IMG/VR virus record: IMGVR_UViG_3300006802_000085
Span: 1-32,000 of that record
Strand: one strand, 5' to 3'
Source of the DNA: a virus
Length of the DNA: 32,000 nt
Shown: positions 14,131 through 23,035 of the stretch, piece after piece
Numbering within the stretch: position 1 is the first letter of the stretch
Layout of the letters: every line of letters starts with the position of its first letter
The notes under the pieces: model-generated
Seen by the model: only the letters and a program-made list of their open reading frames with translations
Told to the model about the DNA's origin: nothing
Databases searched by the model: none
Made by a program: the position numbers and the translations under genes

Positions 14131-14309
14131 GCGTGCGCCGGGCGTGTGCGCGAGAGCGGTGCGGGCACGAGCGCGAGAGCCACCACAAGCACACGGTCGC
14201 GATCGACCTCGACGACGGCGGCACCGACATCATCGCCTTCTACGGGCGGTGCTCCGTCAGCTTCTGCGCATGCTTCGACTACGTCGAGCCTGCCCCCGAC
14301 AAGGACTAG
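14127..14309 (+). CDS. Small Cys/His-rich protein (60 aa), probable zinc binder
   Basis: GTG 14127 overlaps the chaperone stop (GTGA). Contains CARERCGH...H.H...CSVSFCAC. Very high GC3. Confidence 0.5.
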   Translation: MSVRRACARERCGHERESHHKHTVAIDLDDGGTDIIAFYGRCSVSFCACFDYVEPAPDKD

Positions 14310-14315
14310 TCGCCG

Positions 14316-16781
14316 ATGCCCGCACCCGTCGTCATCGAGTTCCTGCTGCGCGGCATGCCTGCGATCGACCGCGCCTTCAAGAGCGTGGAGCAGGCGGCGG
14401 CGGCGAGCGACCGCGCGCAGACGAACATCGCGCAGCGCGGTGCGCGGCAGCGGCAGAGCGCGGTCGAGAAGGAGGCTCAGGCGAAGGTCCGCGCGATGAT
14501 GAAGATGGACCGCGAGGTCAAGCGCATCCACGACAAGCTCACGCGCGAAGCCGAGCGCGCGGCGCAGCATGAGCTTCGGGTCGAGGAGCGGAAGGAGCAG
14601 GCGATTATCCGCGCGCGCGAGAAGCGTTCGCGCGAGGTCGAACGGCGTAACGAGCGTGACGCGCGCAACGCGCAGCGGTGGGCCGAGCGCCAACTCCAGA
14701 ACGAGCAACGCGCGGCGCAGCGCATGGAGCAGGTGCGGCAGCGGCGAGAGCAGCGCGAGCAACACATCACCGAGCGCAATGCCGATTACGACCGGCGCAG
14801 GTTCGCGCGCTCCATGGCGGGGCACGTGGTCTCGGGCGCGGCGCGAGGGGTGAGCCAAGTGGCGCAGACGACGGCGCGCGTTGGCGGCATGTTCGCGCAA
14901 CTCGGTGGCGGGTTCTCCGTGGCGGACGCGGTGCAGCAGCGCGGCAACATCGAGCGCGAGGCGGCGCTGCTCTCGAACCAGGCGTTCATTCCCAACCGCA
15001 CCGCGCGCCCTGGCGCGAAAGCGATCATGGCTCAGGCGAAGGCGACGAGCGCCGCGACCGGGATGGACATGCAGGACGTGATCGCGGGCACGCGACGGTT
15101 CGTCAACCTCACGGGCAACTACCAAGCGGCGGCGGCGAACCAAGAGTTCTTTGCCAAAGTAGCGAAGGCGACCGGTGCGCAGGTGACAGATATCGCGGGC
15201 ACGGCGGGCATGCTCATGGCGCAGAACCAAGGCATGAAGCCTGAAGAGATGCGCGAGACGCTCTTGCGCGTGATGATGCAGGCGAACCTCGGCGCCGTCG
15301 GCGTCGAAGACCTTGCGCGCGTTGGTGGCAAGCTCACGAAGACGAGCGCGAACTACTCGGGCTCGCAGACGGACACGCAGCGCCGCCTTCTCGGGCTGGC
15401 GCAGGTGGGCATCACCACCGGCGGAAACCCGGCCGAGACGCAGACAATGATCGCGAAGTTGTCGAGTGACGCGATCAAGAACCGCAAGAACCTCGAATCC
15501 ATGATGAAGGCTGGGGGCGTGACGGAGAAGACATTCGACGAGAAGGGCCGCATCGCCACGACCCCCGAGGAGCTGCTCGTCAATGCGCTGCAGGCGAGCG
15601 GTGGTCGAACGGACAAGCTTCAGGGTGTGTTCAAGGAGCGGTCGATCAAGTTGTTTCAAGCTCTTCAGCCCAAGTACTTCGAGTACGAGCAGGAGGCGAA
15701 GGACAAAGGAATTACCAAGGACGCGGACGTGCGCAAGTACGCGCGCGACCAGACGCTCAAGTACATCGAGGGCATCACCGCCAAAAGCTACGGGGAGGAG
15801 AACCTCAACAAGGACGTCGAGGAGGTGCTTGCCTCGGGCTCCGAGCAGTTCGAGAAGGCGATGCGCGATCTGCGCACCGAGGTCGGCGAGAAACTCATCC
15901 CCGAGTTCGTCAAGCTCATCCCCACGCTCAAGGAGCTGACGCCGATGCTCGTGGAGGCGTTGAAGGTCGGCGTGCCCGCGTTCATCAAACTGCTCAAGCA
16001 AGTGGGCGACTTCGCGAAGGCGCACGAAGGGATCATCAAGTCCATCGCCGCGAACCCGGTTGGTGCCATCATCGCCGCGAACGTCGGCGCGTCTATCGCG
16101 CAGGCGGGGCTCGCTGAGGTGCTACGTGCGGGGGTGGCGCGCGCCCTCGCGGCGCAGGTCGGCGGGCAGGTGGTGGGGCAAGGCGTCGCAGGCTCTACCG
16201 CTGCAGGTGTCCCCATGGGTACGCGCGTGGGTGCCGCGACGGGCGGTAGCGTGCTGGGGTACGTGGGCGCGGGCATCGCGCTTCAAGGCGCGCTCGCCTA
16301 CAACGAGGGCTCGCGCATCGCGGGCGACGACAAGGCTGCGCAGGACGCCATCGACCGCGCGGCGAAGGGCGACGCAACCGCGGTGCCCAACGCCATCGCC
16401 GCCGCGCAAGGGCGGCGGGGTGCGGGCGCTGCCACGCAGGCGACGATCACCGACGTCTCGCGCATGGCGAACTACATCAACCCGCTCGCCATCGCGGGGA
16501 TGTTCGCGAGCGACTACGTGACGAAGCAAGTCACGGGCAAGGACCCGATGGCGGTGCAGCAAAGCGCCGACTACCACAACGCGGGGGCGGAACTGCAGAC
16601 GCTCGGCGAGGCGCCCAAGATCATCGCCGCGCAGCAGAAGGTCGCCGACGAGAGCAAGGCACTCGCGGACGCACTCAAGGAGAACACAGCCGCCGTCGCT
16701 GCCGTCGCGCGGCAGAACGCGGGGCTGCCACCGGGCGGCGCCGCCGCAGGCACCGGCATCGTGCAAAGGCCGACGAAGTGA
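14316..16781 (+). CDS. Tail tape measure protein
   Basis: 821 aa. The N-terminal segment is charged coiled coil (Arg/Glu/Gln-rich), followed by a TMP core (ATGMDMQDVIAGTRRFVNLTG...) and a Gly/Ala-rich hydrophobic C-terminal region. Sits between chaperone and baseplate hub genes. Confidence 0.9.
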   Translation: MPAPVVIEFLLRGMPAIDRAFKSVEQAAAASDRAQTNIAQRGARQRQSAVEKEAQAKVRAMMKMDREVKRIHDKLTREAERAAQHELRVEERKEQAIIRAREKRSREVERRNERDARNAQRWAERQLQNEQRAAQRMEQVRQRREQREQHITERNADYDRRRFARSMAGHVVSGAARGVSQVAQTTARVGGMFAQLGGGFSVADAVQQRGNIEREAALLSNQAFIPNRTARPGAKAIMAQAKATSAATGMDMQDVIAGTRRFVNLTGNYQAAAANQEFFAKVAKATGAQVTDIAGTAGMLMAQNQGMKPEEMRETLLRVMMQANLGAVGVEDLARVGGKLTKTSANYSGSQTDTQRRLLGLAQVGITTGGNPAETQTMIAKLSSDAIKNRKNLESMMKAGGVTEKTFDEKGRIATTPEELLVNALQASGGRTDKLQGVFKERSIKLFQALQPKYFEYEQEAKDKGITKDADVRKYARDQTLKYIEGITAKSYGEENLNKDVEEVLASGSEQFEKAMRDLRTEVGEKLIPEFVKLIPTLKELTPMLVEALKVGVPAFIKLLKQVGDFAKAHEGIIKSIAANPVGAIIAANVGASIAQAGLAEVLRAGVARALAAQVGGQVVGQGVAGSTAAGVPMGTRVGAATGGSVLGYVGAGIALQGALAYNEGSRIAGDDKAAQDAIDRAAKGDATAVPNAIAAAQGRRGAGAATQATITDVSRMANYINPLAIAGMFASDYVTKQVTGKDPMAVQQSADYHNAGAELQTLGEAPKIIAAQQKVADESKALADALKENTAAVAAVARQNAGLPPGGAAAGTGIVQRPTK

Positions 16782-17770
16782 GCCCTCCCCCCGACCCCCC
16801 GAACCCCGACCCGACGGACGACGAGCACGACCTGCTCTTCGACCAGCTCCTCGAAGCGTCGTGGCGCGACGTGCCGTTCCCCGTCACGAAGATGAAGGTC
16901 TCGCTCGCGCACGACCTCGTCGAGCACAAGTACTGGGGCGTCGACGGTGCCTCGGTCGAGAACACCGGCGCGGCCCCGTGGCGCTACTCGTTCAGCGCGC
17001 CGTTCATCAACGGGCTGTCGAACTCGGGCGCGGAGACGTGGGATCACCGGCTCTACCCCGACCACCTACGCAAGTTCTTGGAGGCGTTCCAGGACAAGAG
17101 CGTGGGGCAGCTCCAGCACCCGGAGTTTGGGCTCATCTTCGCGAAGGCGGAGCGGCTCGACATCGACTGGGACGGCGGGCGTCGCGGCGGTGTCGAGGTC
17201 GAGATGTCGTTCGTCGAGACGAACGTGGAGGGGCAGACGGCACACCTCGACGCCAGCCCCATCGACAAGATCGATGCCGCCGCGGGCGAACTCAACTCGA
17301 TCATCAACAAGGCGGACTTCGCCGCGCTGCTCAAGAAGCAAGGGCTCGAACCGCCGCCGTACCTCAGCGACCCGACGTTCTCGTTCGAGGAAGCGATGAA
17401 CAAGATCAAGGCTGTCACCGACTACCCGACGCTGCTGAGCATGCGCGCGGGCGGGCGCATCGACGCCGTGATCTTCCAAGCTGAGCGCGTCGCCAAGAGC
17501 GCCGAGGCCGCCCGCTCCGCCGTGACGTGGCCCATCACGCAGAACGTGGAGCGCGTGAAGGCTGCTGCCTACAACCTCCGTGAGTCGTTGCTCGCTACGC
17601 GTTCGCGCCGCATCGCCTTCTTCACCGTGCCCGCCGACACCACCATCGCGGGCGTTGCGCGGCAGCTCCCGAGCGGGGCGAAGATGGGCGACGTGATCAA
17701 GCTCAACCCCGGGCTCATGCTCAACCCCGAGGTGTCGCGCGGCACCGTGGTTCGCTACTACGCAGACTGA
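16778..17770 (+). CDS. Mu gpN-like DNA circularisation / tail protein
   Basis: GTG 16778 overlaps the TMP stop. ASWRDVPFPV...LVEHKYWGVDGASVENTG matches the DNA_circ_N pattern (aSfrgvpF....he.P.rd...veDlG). The C-terminus looks LysM-like (TTIAGVARQL...GDVIKLNPGL). Confidence 0.7.
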   Translation: MSPPPDPPNPDPTDDEHDLLFDQLLEASWRDVPFPVTKMKVSLAHDLVEHKYWGVDGASVENTGAAPWRYSFSAPFINGLSNSGAETWDHRLYPDHLRKFLEAFQDKSVGQLQHPEFGLIFAKAERLDIDWDGGRRGGVEVEMSFVETNVEGQTAHLDASPIDKIDAAAGELNSIINKADFAALLKKQGLEPPPYLSDPTFSFEEAMNKIKAVTDYPTLLSMRAGGRIDAVIFQAERVAKSAEAARSAVTWPITQNVERVKAAAYNLRESLLATRSRRIAFFTVPADTTIAGVARQLPSGAKMGDVIKLNPGLMLNPEVSRGTVVRYYAD

Positions 17771-17773
17771 CCC

Positions 17774-19135
17774 GTGCCTACCTACTACGCGCCCACCCCG
17801 CCCGACGGTCAGGAGGTGCGGCTGCGCATCATGGATGGGCAAGTCGACCTCACGCAGTGGACCTCGTACGACTTCTCCAGCGACTTCCTCACGCCGAGCG
17901 ACTCGTTCTCGTTTCAGCTAGGTAGCGAGGGGCTCGCGGAGAAGCAACGTGCGGGGCTCAGGCTTGGCGCGCGCGTGCGCATCTACATCGACAGCATCAC
18001 GCTCGCCGAGGGGTTCATCGACTCCATCGAGATCAGCGCAACGCGCGGCGCGGGCGTCGTCTACAACATCCGCGGTCGCGACCGTCTGGGGCAGGCGCTC
18101 GACACGTGCGTCGATCCCGCGTTCCAGCTCAAGGAGGGCGGCACGCTGGCCGACCTCGTGCGGCGGCTGTACGCGCCGCTCGGCTTCGTTGCCGACGAGC
18201 ACTTTGTCGTCGACCCGAGCGCGAACCGCGATGCGCGCAGCGGCATCCGTGGCGTGCCCACCGCGAAGACGAAAAAGGCGAAGGCGGCTGCGAGCGCCGT
18301 TGACCTGCGAAGGGTCGTGCCCGCGGGGCACGTCATCATCCAGGATCCGAACGTCCGCGAACTCCCCGGCACCAACATCAAGCCGCTCAAGAGCTTCGTG
18401 CTGCACCAACTCAAGCCGTACAACCACGAGAGCGTCTATGCGTTCTCGGCGCGGGTCGCGCAACGCCATGGGTTGTGGATCCGCGTGAGCGCCGACGGCG
18501 AGCAGCTCATCCTCGCGAAGCCCGACTATGCCCAAGAGCCTGCGTTCATCCTCCATCGTTCGCGCACCGGCACGGGCAACGTCATCGACGGCACGGTGCG
18601 CTATGAGATGACCGACCAACCGACGATGATCATCGCCGACGGTTTCAGCGGCGGTGCCGAGTTCGGCAAGAGCCGCATCAAGGCGTTCATCGTCAACCCG
18701 CTGCTCGGGCTCACGGACGAGGGCGAGTACACCGACGAGGTGAAGGGGGTGTTGGAGAAGCACCCCCGCGCCGTCGAGAACACGTTGCCCGCCGCCGCCT
18801 TCCCCTTCCGCGCCGCCGACATCCCCTTCCGCCCGATGTACCTGCACGACGACGAGAGTAAGACGCAGGAGCAGCTCAACAACTTCGTCAAGCGCGAGAT
18901 GAGCCTGCGCTACCGTAAGAGCCTTCACGCCTCGTACACGGTCGAGGGGCACGGGCAGACCGTCAACGATCGCTTCATCACGTGGGTGCCCGACACCGTC
19001 GTCGAGGTGATCGACGAGGTCGCCGAGCTACGCGAGCGCATGTACGTGCTCGGCACGCACTGGACGAAGTCGCGCGGTGGTAGCGGCACGACGACGAAGA
19101 TCGATCTCGTTCGATTGAACGCGCTCGTGCTCTAG
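17774..19135 (+). CDS. Baseplate hub protein (P2 gpD / Mu gpP-like)
   Basis: 453 aa. Position after the gpN-like gene and gpD-like N-terminal pattern (LRIMDGQVDLTQW...SDSFSFQLG...GARVRIYIDSITLAEGFIDSIE...IRGRD). Confidence 0.8.
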   Translation: MPTYYAPTPPDGQEVRLRIMDGQVDLTQWTSYDFSSDFLTPSDSFSFQLGSEGLAEKQRAGLRLGARVRIYIDSITLAEGFIDSIEISATRGAGVVYNIRGRDRLGQALDTCVDPAFQLKEGGTLADLVRRLYAPLGFVADEHFVVDPSANRDARSGIRGVPTAKTKKAKAAASAVDLRRVVPAGHVIIQDPNVRELPGTNIKPLKSFVLHQLKPYNHESVYAFSARVAQRHGLWIRVSADGEQLILAKPDYAQEPAFILHRSRTGTGNVIDGTVRYEMTDQPTMIIADGFSGGAEFGKSRIKAFIVNPLLGLTDEGEYTDEVKGVLEKHPRAVENTLPAAAFPFRAADIPFRPMYLHDDESKTQEQLNNFVKREMSLRYRKSLHASYTVEGHGQTVNDRFITWVPDTVVEVIDEVAELRERMYVLGTHWTKSRGGSGTTTKIDLVRLNALVL

Positions 19136-19145
19136 GAGGAGACGC

Positions 19146-19844
19146 ATGGCAGCCATCGACCTTGCGGGCCTGTTCAAGGTCGGCATCGACATCCTCACCA
19201 CCACCGTCAACGCGACGACCAAGAAGATCTTGGCGCAGCTTGGCAGCGTGACCGAGGAGACGACCGACACCGACAACGCCGAGTGGTGGCAACACGTCGG
19301 CTTCGCCTCCCGCCCGCCCAAGCCGCAGGCGAAGAAGCAGGCAGCGCAGGCACTCACGTTCACATCCAGCGACCACGACGTCATCTTCGCAAGTCAGGAC
19401 CTGCGCGGGTTGGAGTTGTACGGTAGCTTGGCGCACGGCGAGACGTGCGTGTACGCAGCCGGTGAGGACGGTGAGGCGCAGGCCCGCGCGCTGTTCAAGA
19501 AGAACGGATCGATCGCGCTCTACACCCGCGTCGGCAACACGAGCAACGGCGCGGGGATGATCGTCCAACTCGACGCCGAGAACGACGCCATCCGTATCAC
19601 CAACGGAGCCGGGCACGGCATCATCATCGACGGCGACGGCGTGCGCGTCTTCGCGAACGGTAGCGGTGCGCTCACGGTCGGCGCGAGCGGCAAGTGCTCG
19701 CTCGTGGCGACGCAGCAGTGCCAAGTCGACGGCTCGTCGATCGTGCTTGGTTCGGTTGCGGTGCCCGTCGTCAACAGCGTGTGCGTTGGCCCCGCGGGCA
19801 TCGCCGCGGCGGCGAGCACCAAGGTCTTCGCCGCCATCGCGTAG
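19146..19844 (+). CDS. Baseplate spike protein (gpV / Mu gp45-like)
   Basis: ATG 19146 with GGAGGAG upstream. WWQHVGFASRPP...DVIFASQDLRGLELYGSLAHGETCVY fits the Mu gp45/gpV N-terminal pattern. The C-terminal half is Gly-rich beta. Confidence 0.75.
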   Translation: MAAIDLAGLFKVGIDILTTTVNATTKKILAQLGSVTEETTDTDNAEWWQHVGFASRPPKPQAKKQAAQALTFTSSDHDVIFASQDLRGLELYGSLAHGETCVYAAGEDGEAQARALFKKNGSIALYTRVGNTSNGAGMIVQLDAENDAIRITNGAGHGIIIDGDGVRVFANGSGALTVGASGKCSLVATQQCQVDGSSIVLGSVAVPVVNSVCVGPAGIAAAASTKVFAAIA

Positions 19845-19855
19845 GGAGGTCGGGC

Positions 19856-20188
19856 ATGTCGTGCGGCTTCCCCTCGTTCAGCCTCCCCGGGCTGCCGTCG
19901 TTGAGCCTGCCCGGCATCCCCTCGATCTCGTTCTCGCTCTCGATCCCGTGGCCGGACCTCGACCTGAGCATGACGCTGCCGTCGCTCTCGCTCCCCGGGT
20001 TGCCGTCGCTCTCGCTCCCCGGCATCCCCTCGATCTCGTTCTCGCTCTCGATCCCGTGGCCGGACCTCGACCCGAGCCTGGAGCTACCTTCGCTCTCGCT
20101 CCCCGGGCTGCCGTCGTTGAGCCTGCCCGGCATCCCCTCGATCTCGTTCTCGATCGCGCTACCCGACTTCCCCTGCCCCTTGGATTGA
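19856..20188 (+). CDS. Triple-repeat Pro/Ser/Leu-rich protein (110 aa) immediately after the spike gene
   Basis: ATG 19856 with GGGAGG (19844-19849). Nearly every codon ends in G/C in this frame. Three 36-aa repeats built from octads such as LPSLSLPG and IPSISFSL. Cys occurs near both termini. Confidence 0.55.
   Translation: MSCGFPSFSLPGLPSLSLPGIPSISFSLSIPWPDLDLSMTLPSLSLPGLPSLSLPGIPSISFSLSIPWPDLDPSLELPSLSLPGLPSLSLPGIPSISFSIALPDFPCPLD
19868..20185 (+). repeat. Tandem repeat, 108-bp period, about 2.9 copies (coding)
   Basis: The landmark CCGGCATCCCCTCGATCTCGTTCTCG recurs starting at 19911, 20019 and 20127, exactly 108 bp apart. The units are near-identical. Confidence 0.85.
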
Positions 20189-20192
20189 AACG

Positions 20193-20774
20193 ATGGCGCT
20201 CTCCGGCTCTGCGATCGGCAGCATCATGGCGGCGGCGGTCGGCGCGCCCGCGTCCGCGGGCGGTATGTTCGCCGCGCTCGGCACCGCGATCCAGGGGTGG
20301 GCGGTGAGCAAGGTCACGGTCGTGCCTACGACGATGGCGGCGGTGGGCGGCGTCGTCAGCGGGCTCGGCATCTTCACGGTCACCGGCGACGCCGTCGAGC
20401 TTGGCGGCTTGCTCGCGGACGCGCTCACGCTGCCCGTCGACGCGACGAGCGCGCGCGAGGTCTGGATCGCGACGGCGCAGGCGCTCATCGATCACTTCAC
20501 CAGCTTCGGGCAAGTCAACGGTACCGGCTTCACCAGCGGGGTGCCGCTCGCGGGCGCGGGCACCGTGGTGTGGACCTCGCCCGTGTTCGTGCCGCCGCTC
20601 GCGGTGCGCATCGGCGTGAGCGACCCCGTCGCGGGCGCACTGCTCGCGCTCTTAGAGGCGCAGCTCCTTCTCTACATTCAGATCAACGCGAACGTGGTCT
20701 CGGTCTCGCTCAGCGGCCCGCCGATGAGCGCCCCCACCGACGGGCCCGTGGCGGGCACGGGCACGATCGTCTGA
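20193..20774 (+). CDS. Ala/Gly-rich hydrophobic hypothetical protein (193 aa)
   Basis: ATG 20193 lies 4 nt after the upstream stop. High GC3. No family recognised. Confidence 0.5.
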   Translation: MALSGSAIGSIMAAAVGAPASAGGMFAALGTAIQGWAVSKVTVVPTTMAAVGGVVSGLGIFTVTGDAVELGGLLADALTLPVDATSAREVWIATAQALIDHFTSFGQVNGTGFTSGVPLAGAGTVVWTSPVFVPPLAVRIGVSDPVAGALLALLEAQLLLYIQINANVVSVSLSGPPMSAPTDGPVAGTGTIV

Positions 20775-20775
20775 G

Positions 20776-20797
20776 CGCGTCTACCCGGGTAAACGCG
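20776..20797. promoter_or_regulatory. Palindromic element, copy 3 (CGCGTCTACCCGGGTAAACGCG)
   Basis: 22-bp dyad with one mismatch. It fills the 31-nt gap between TGA 20772-20774 and ATG 20806 and overlaps GGAGG (20797-20801). Confidence 0.6.
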
Positions 20798-20805
20798 GAG
20801 GCACT

Positions 20806-21294
20806 ATGGCAGGAGCAGGCAACCAAGGCGCAGGCGCGTCGAGCGCAGGGGGTGGCACGCCCGCGCTCGCGAACGTGCCGAGCGGTGGCTTCCTTGCCGA
20901 CCCGTGGTCGAAGGTTCCGCTCGGCGCACGCAAGGTCGACCCGCACACTCGCGACTACGTCATCGACAAGGTTACCGGGCGCATCATCGGGGTGGGTAGT
21001 GTGCGCGCCGCTGTACAGATGAGCGTCCACATGGCGAAGCGGAGCAGCGCCGTGTTCGAGATGGGCCACGACCTCGCCGCGATCCAGCGCATCACGCCCA
21101 ACACCCGCAAACGCGTTCTCGCCACGCTCACGGACGCGCTCGCGCCGCTCATCCGCTTGGGTCTCGTCGAGGTCGTGGGGTTCACGCAGTACAAGGTGGG
21201 CGACGGGCTCAACGGCATGGAGCGCGGCGCAGTGTTTGGGCGCTTGCAATGGCGCGACCTGACGACGGGACAAGCCTTCACCGAGGTGGTGTGA
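20806..21294 (+). CDS. Putative baseplate protein (Mu gp46 / gpW-gp25 position)
   Basis: 162 aa directly upstream of the J-like gene. VRAAVQMSVHMAKRSSAVFEMGHDL...LTDALAPLIRLGLVEVVGF loosely fits the baseplate wedge W/gp46 pattern. Confidence 0.45.
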   Translation: MAGAGNQGAGASSAGGGTPALANVPSGGFLADPWSKVPLGARKVDPHTRDYVIDKVTGRIIGVGSVRAAVQMSVHMAKRSSAVFEMGHDLAAIQRITPNTRKRVLATLTDALAPLIRLGLVEVVGFTQYKVGDGLNGMERGAVFGRLQWRDLTTGQAFTEVV

Positions 21295-21295
21295 G

Positions 21296-22813
21296 ATGGC
21301 TGAGCTGAACGAGTTCGTTACCAAGGACGCGATCGAGATTCGAGACGACGTGCTGCGCACGATTAAGAACGGACTCATCAAGCAGGGCGTCACCGCGCCT
21401 TACGTTGGGCCGAACTCCGACTGGTACATCATCGCGACGTCGCTCGGTAACGAGTTGGCGGTGGTGCACGCGAACACGATCATCAAGGCCGACCAGCAGA
21501 TGCCCGACACCGCGGTCGTGGACGACCTCGCGCGCATCGCTGCGCTCTACAAGCGCGAGAAGCAGGGGGCCGCGGGTAGCGTCGGCAACGTCATCATCAC
21601 CGCGAGCGCGGACGCGCCCATCGTGACCGGCGCAGAGCTAACGGACGCGCTCGGCCTGCGCTACGCCGTCACCGCGGGCGGTACCTACGCCAACGGCGCG
21701 AGTGTCCCCATCCAAGCGATCGACACCAGCGACGACACCAACCACGCCGAGGGCGACGTGCTCACGTGGGTGAGCGCGCCCCCGTACTGCGACGACAAGG
21801 TCACCGTGGCCGCGGGCGGGCTCGTCAACGCGATCGACGAGGAGGACGACGAGGTGCTCCGTGCCCGCCTACTCGACTTCCTCGCCACCCCGCCCGGGGC
21901 GGGCAACTGGGAGCACGTGGCGGAGCTGGCCGAGGAAGCGAGCGCGAGCGTGCAGAAGGCGTTCACCTATCCCGCCGTCGGTGGCCCCGCCACCGTGCAC
22001 ATCGCCGTCGCTGCCGCGCCCACGGCAACAAGCAAGAGCCGCGCGGTGGCGAGTACGACCGTTAGCGGCATCGTGGACCCATACATCAAGGGCAAGCTCC
22101 CGACCCACCCCCACGTGGTGACGACGACGTGCACCGACGTGAATGTGGACGTCGCCATCGGGCTGAGCTTGCCCGAGGCCGCGACCGCGAACCCGCCGGG
22201 GCCTGGTGGTGGGTGGACGAACGGCACGCCGTGGCCGAGCGTCGACGGCACCAGCAATTTCAAGTGTGAGGTCACGGCGGTGACGAGCAACACCGCGTTT
22301 ACGGTCGACGCGCAGACGGCGCCCGTCGCCAACGTCACGCGCGTCGCGTGGCTCTCCACCGTGGACTGGACGGTCAAGACCGCGCTCGTCACCGCGTACA
22401 GCGGGAGCGCGGGCGCGTACTCCATCACCATCGACTCGCCCTTCACCGGCGTTGCGGTCGGCGCGTTGATCTGGCCCGAGTGCCAGAACGCGTCTACGTA
22501 CATCGGTGCTGTCCTCGCCGCGTTCGCGCTCATGGGTCCGGGCGAGAAGACGAGCAACGCCTCCGCGCTCGCGCGTGGTTTCCGGCACCCAACGCCCGCC
22601 AACTCGTGGCCATACTCGGTCGGGCCCGCAATCGAACGCGCGGTGACAGACGCGGGGGACGAGGTGCTCTCGTCGTCGTTCCTGTACCGCAGCGACGGCA
22701 CGGTGACGGTCAACGGTAGCGGCGGCGTGCTCACGCCCCAGGTGCCCGCCGCCATCACCGACGCGCCGAACATCTACGTGCCACGTCACATCGCGCTCTA
22801 CCGTCGAGCGTAG
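21296..22813 (+). CDS. Baseplate J-like protein (Mu gp47 / P2 gpJ family)
   Basis: 505 aa. N-terminal pattern (FVTKDAIEIRDDVLRTIKNGL...DWYIIATSLGNELAVVHAN...DDLARIAALY...GSVGNVIITAS...IQAIDTSDDTNHAEGDVLTW...EEDDEVLRARLLD) is typical of the Baseplate_J family. Confidence 0.85.
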   Translation: MAELNEFVTKDAIEIRDDVLRTIKNGLIKQGVTAPYVGPNSDWYIIATSLGNELAVVHANTIIKADQQMPDTAVVDDLARIAALYKREKQGAAGSVGNVIITASADAPIVTGAELTDALGLRYAVTAGGTYANGASVPIQAIDTSDDTNHAEGDVLTWVSAPPYCDDKVTVAAGGLVNAIDEEDDEVLRARLLDFLATPPGAGNWEHVAELAEEASASVQKAFTYPAVGGPATVHIAVAAAPTATSKSRAVASTTVSGIVDPYIKGKLPTHPHVVTTTCTDVNVDVAIGLSLPEAATANPPGPGGGWTNGTPWPSVDGTSNFKCEVTAVTSNTAFTVDAQTAPVANVTRVAWLSTVDWTVKTALVTAYSGSAGAYSITIDSPFTGVAVGALIWPECQNASTYIGAVLAAFALMGPGEKTSNASALARGFRHPTPANSWPYSVGPAIERAVTDAGDEVLSSSFLYRSDGTVTVNGSGGVLTPQVPAAITDAPNIYVPRHIALYRRA

Positions 22814-22816
22814 CCC

Positions 22817-23035
22817 GTGCGCAGTGATCCCGCGCTCTACGAGTTGGTGATGCTCCTTCGTCAGGGCGGCAAGCTTGTCTCGTCGAGCGCGTGCACGCCT
22901 GCCGAGATCGCGTATGCGCGCGTGCTCGGCTTCATGTGCGTCGACAGCGACGGCTTCGGCTACGTCTATATCCCCGACCCGGCGCCCCCGCCCGACACCT
23001 TGCCCGTACCGCGCAACGACAACGAGGACTCATGA
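22817..23035 (+). CDS. Small hypothetical protein (72 aa)
   Basis: GTG 22817. Its stop overlaps the next ATG (ATGA at 23032-23035). Confidence 0.4.
   Translation: MRSDPALYELVMLLRQGGKLVSSSACTPAEIAYARVLGFMCVDSDGFGYVYIPDPAPPPDTLPVPRNDNEDS

Noticed and set aside
13761-16025. 754-aa minus-strand ORF antisense to the tape measure gene
   Set aside because: Its Arg/Leu/His-rich junk composition is typical of antisense frames in high-GC DNA. The + strand frame has a convincing tape-measure sequence and the GC3 signal.
19868-20185. Tandem 108-bp repeats as a CRISPR array or non-coding satellite
   Set aside because: The repeats have no unique spacers, the period is a multiple of 3, and one frame has an uninterrupted ORF with near-total G/C third positions and an RBS. 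This is a coding repeat.
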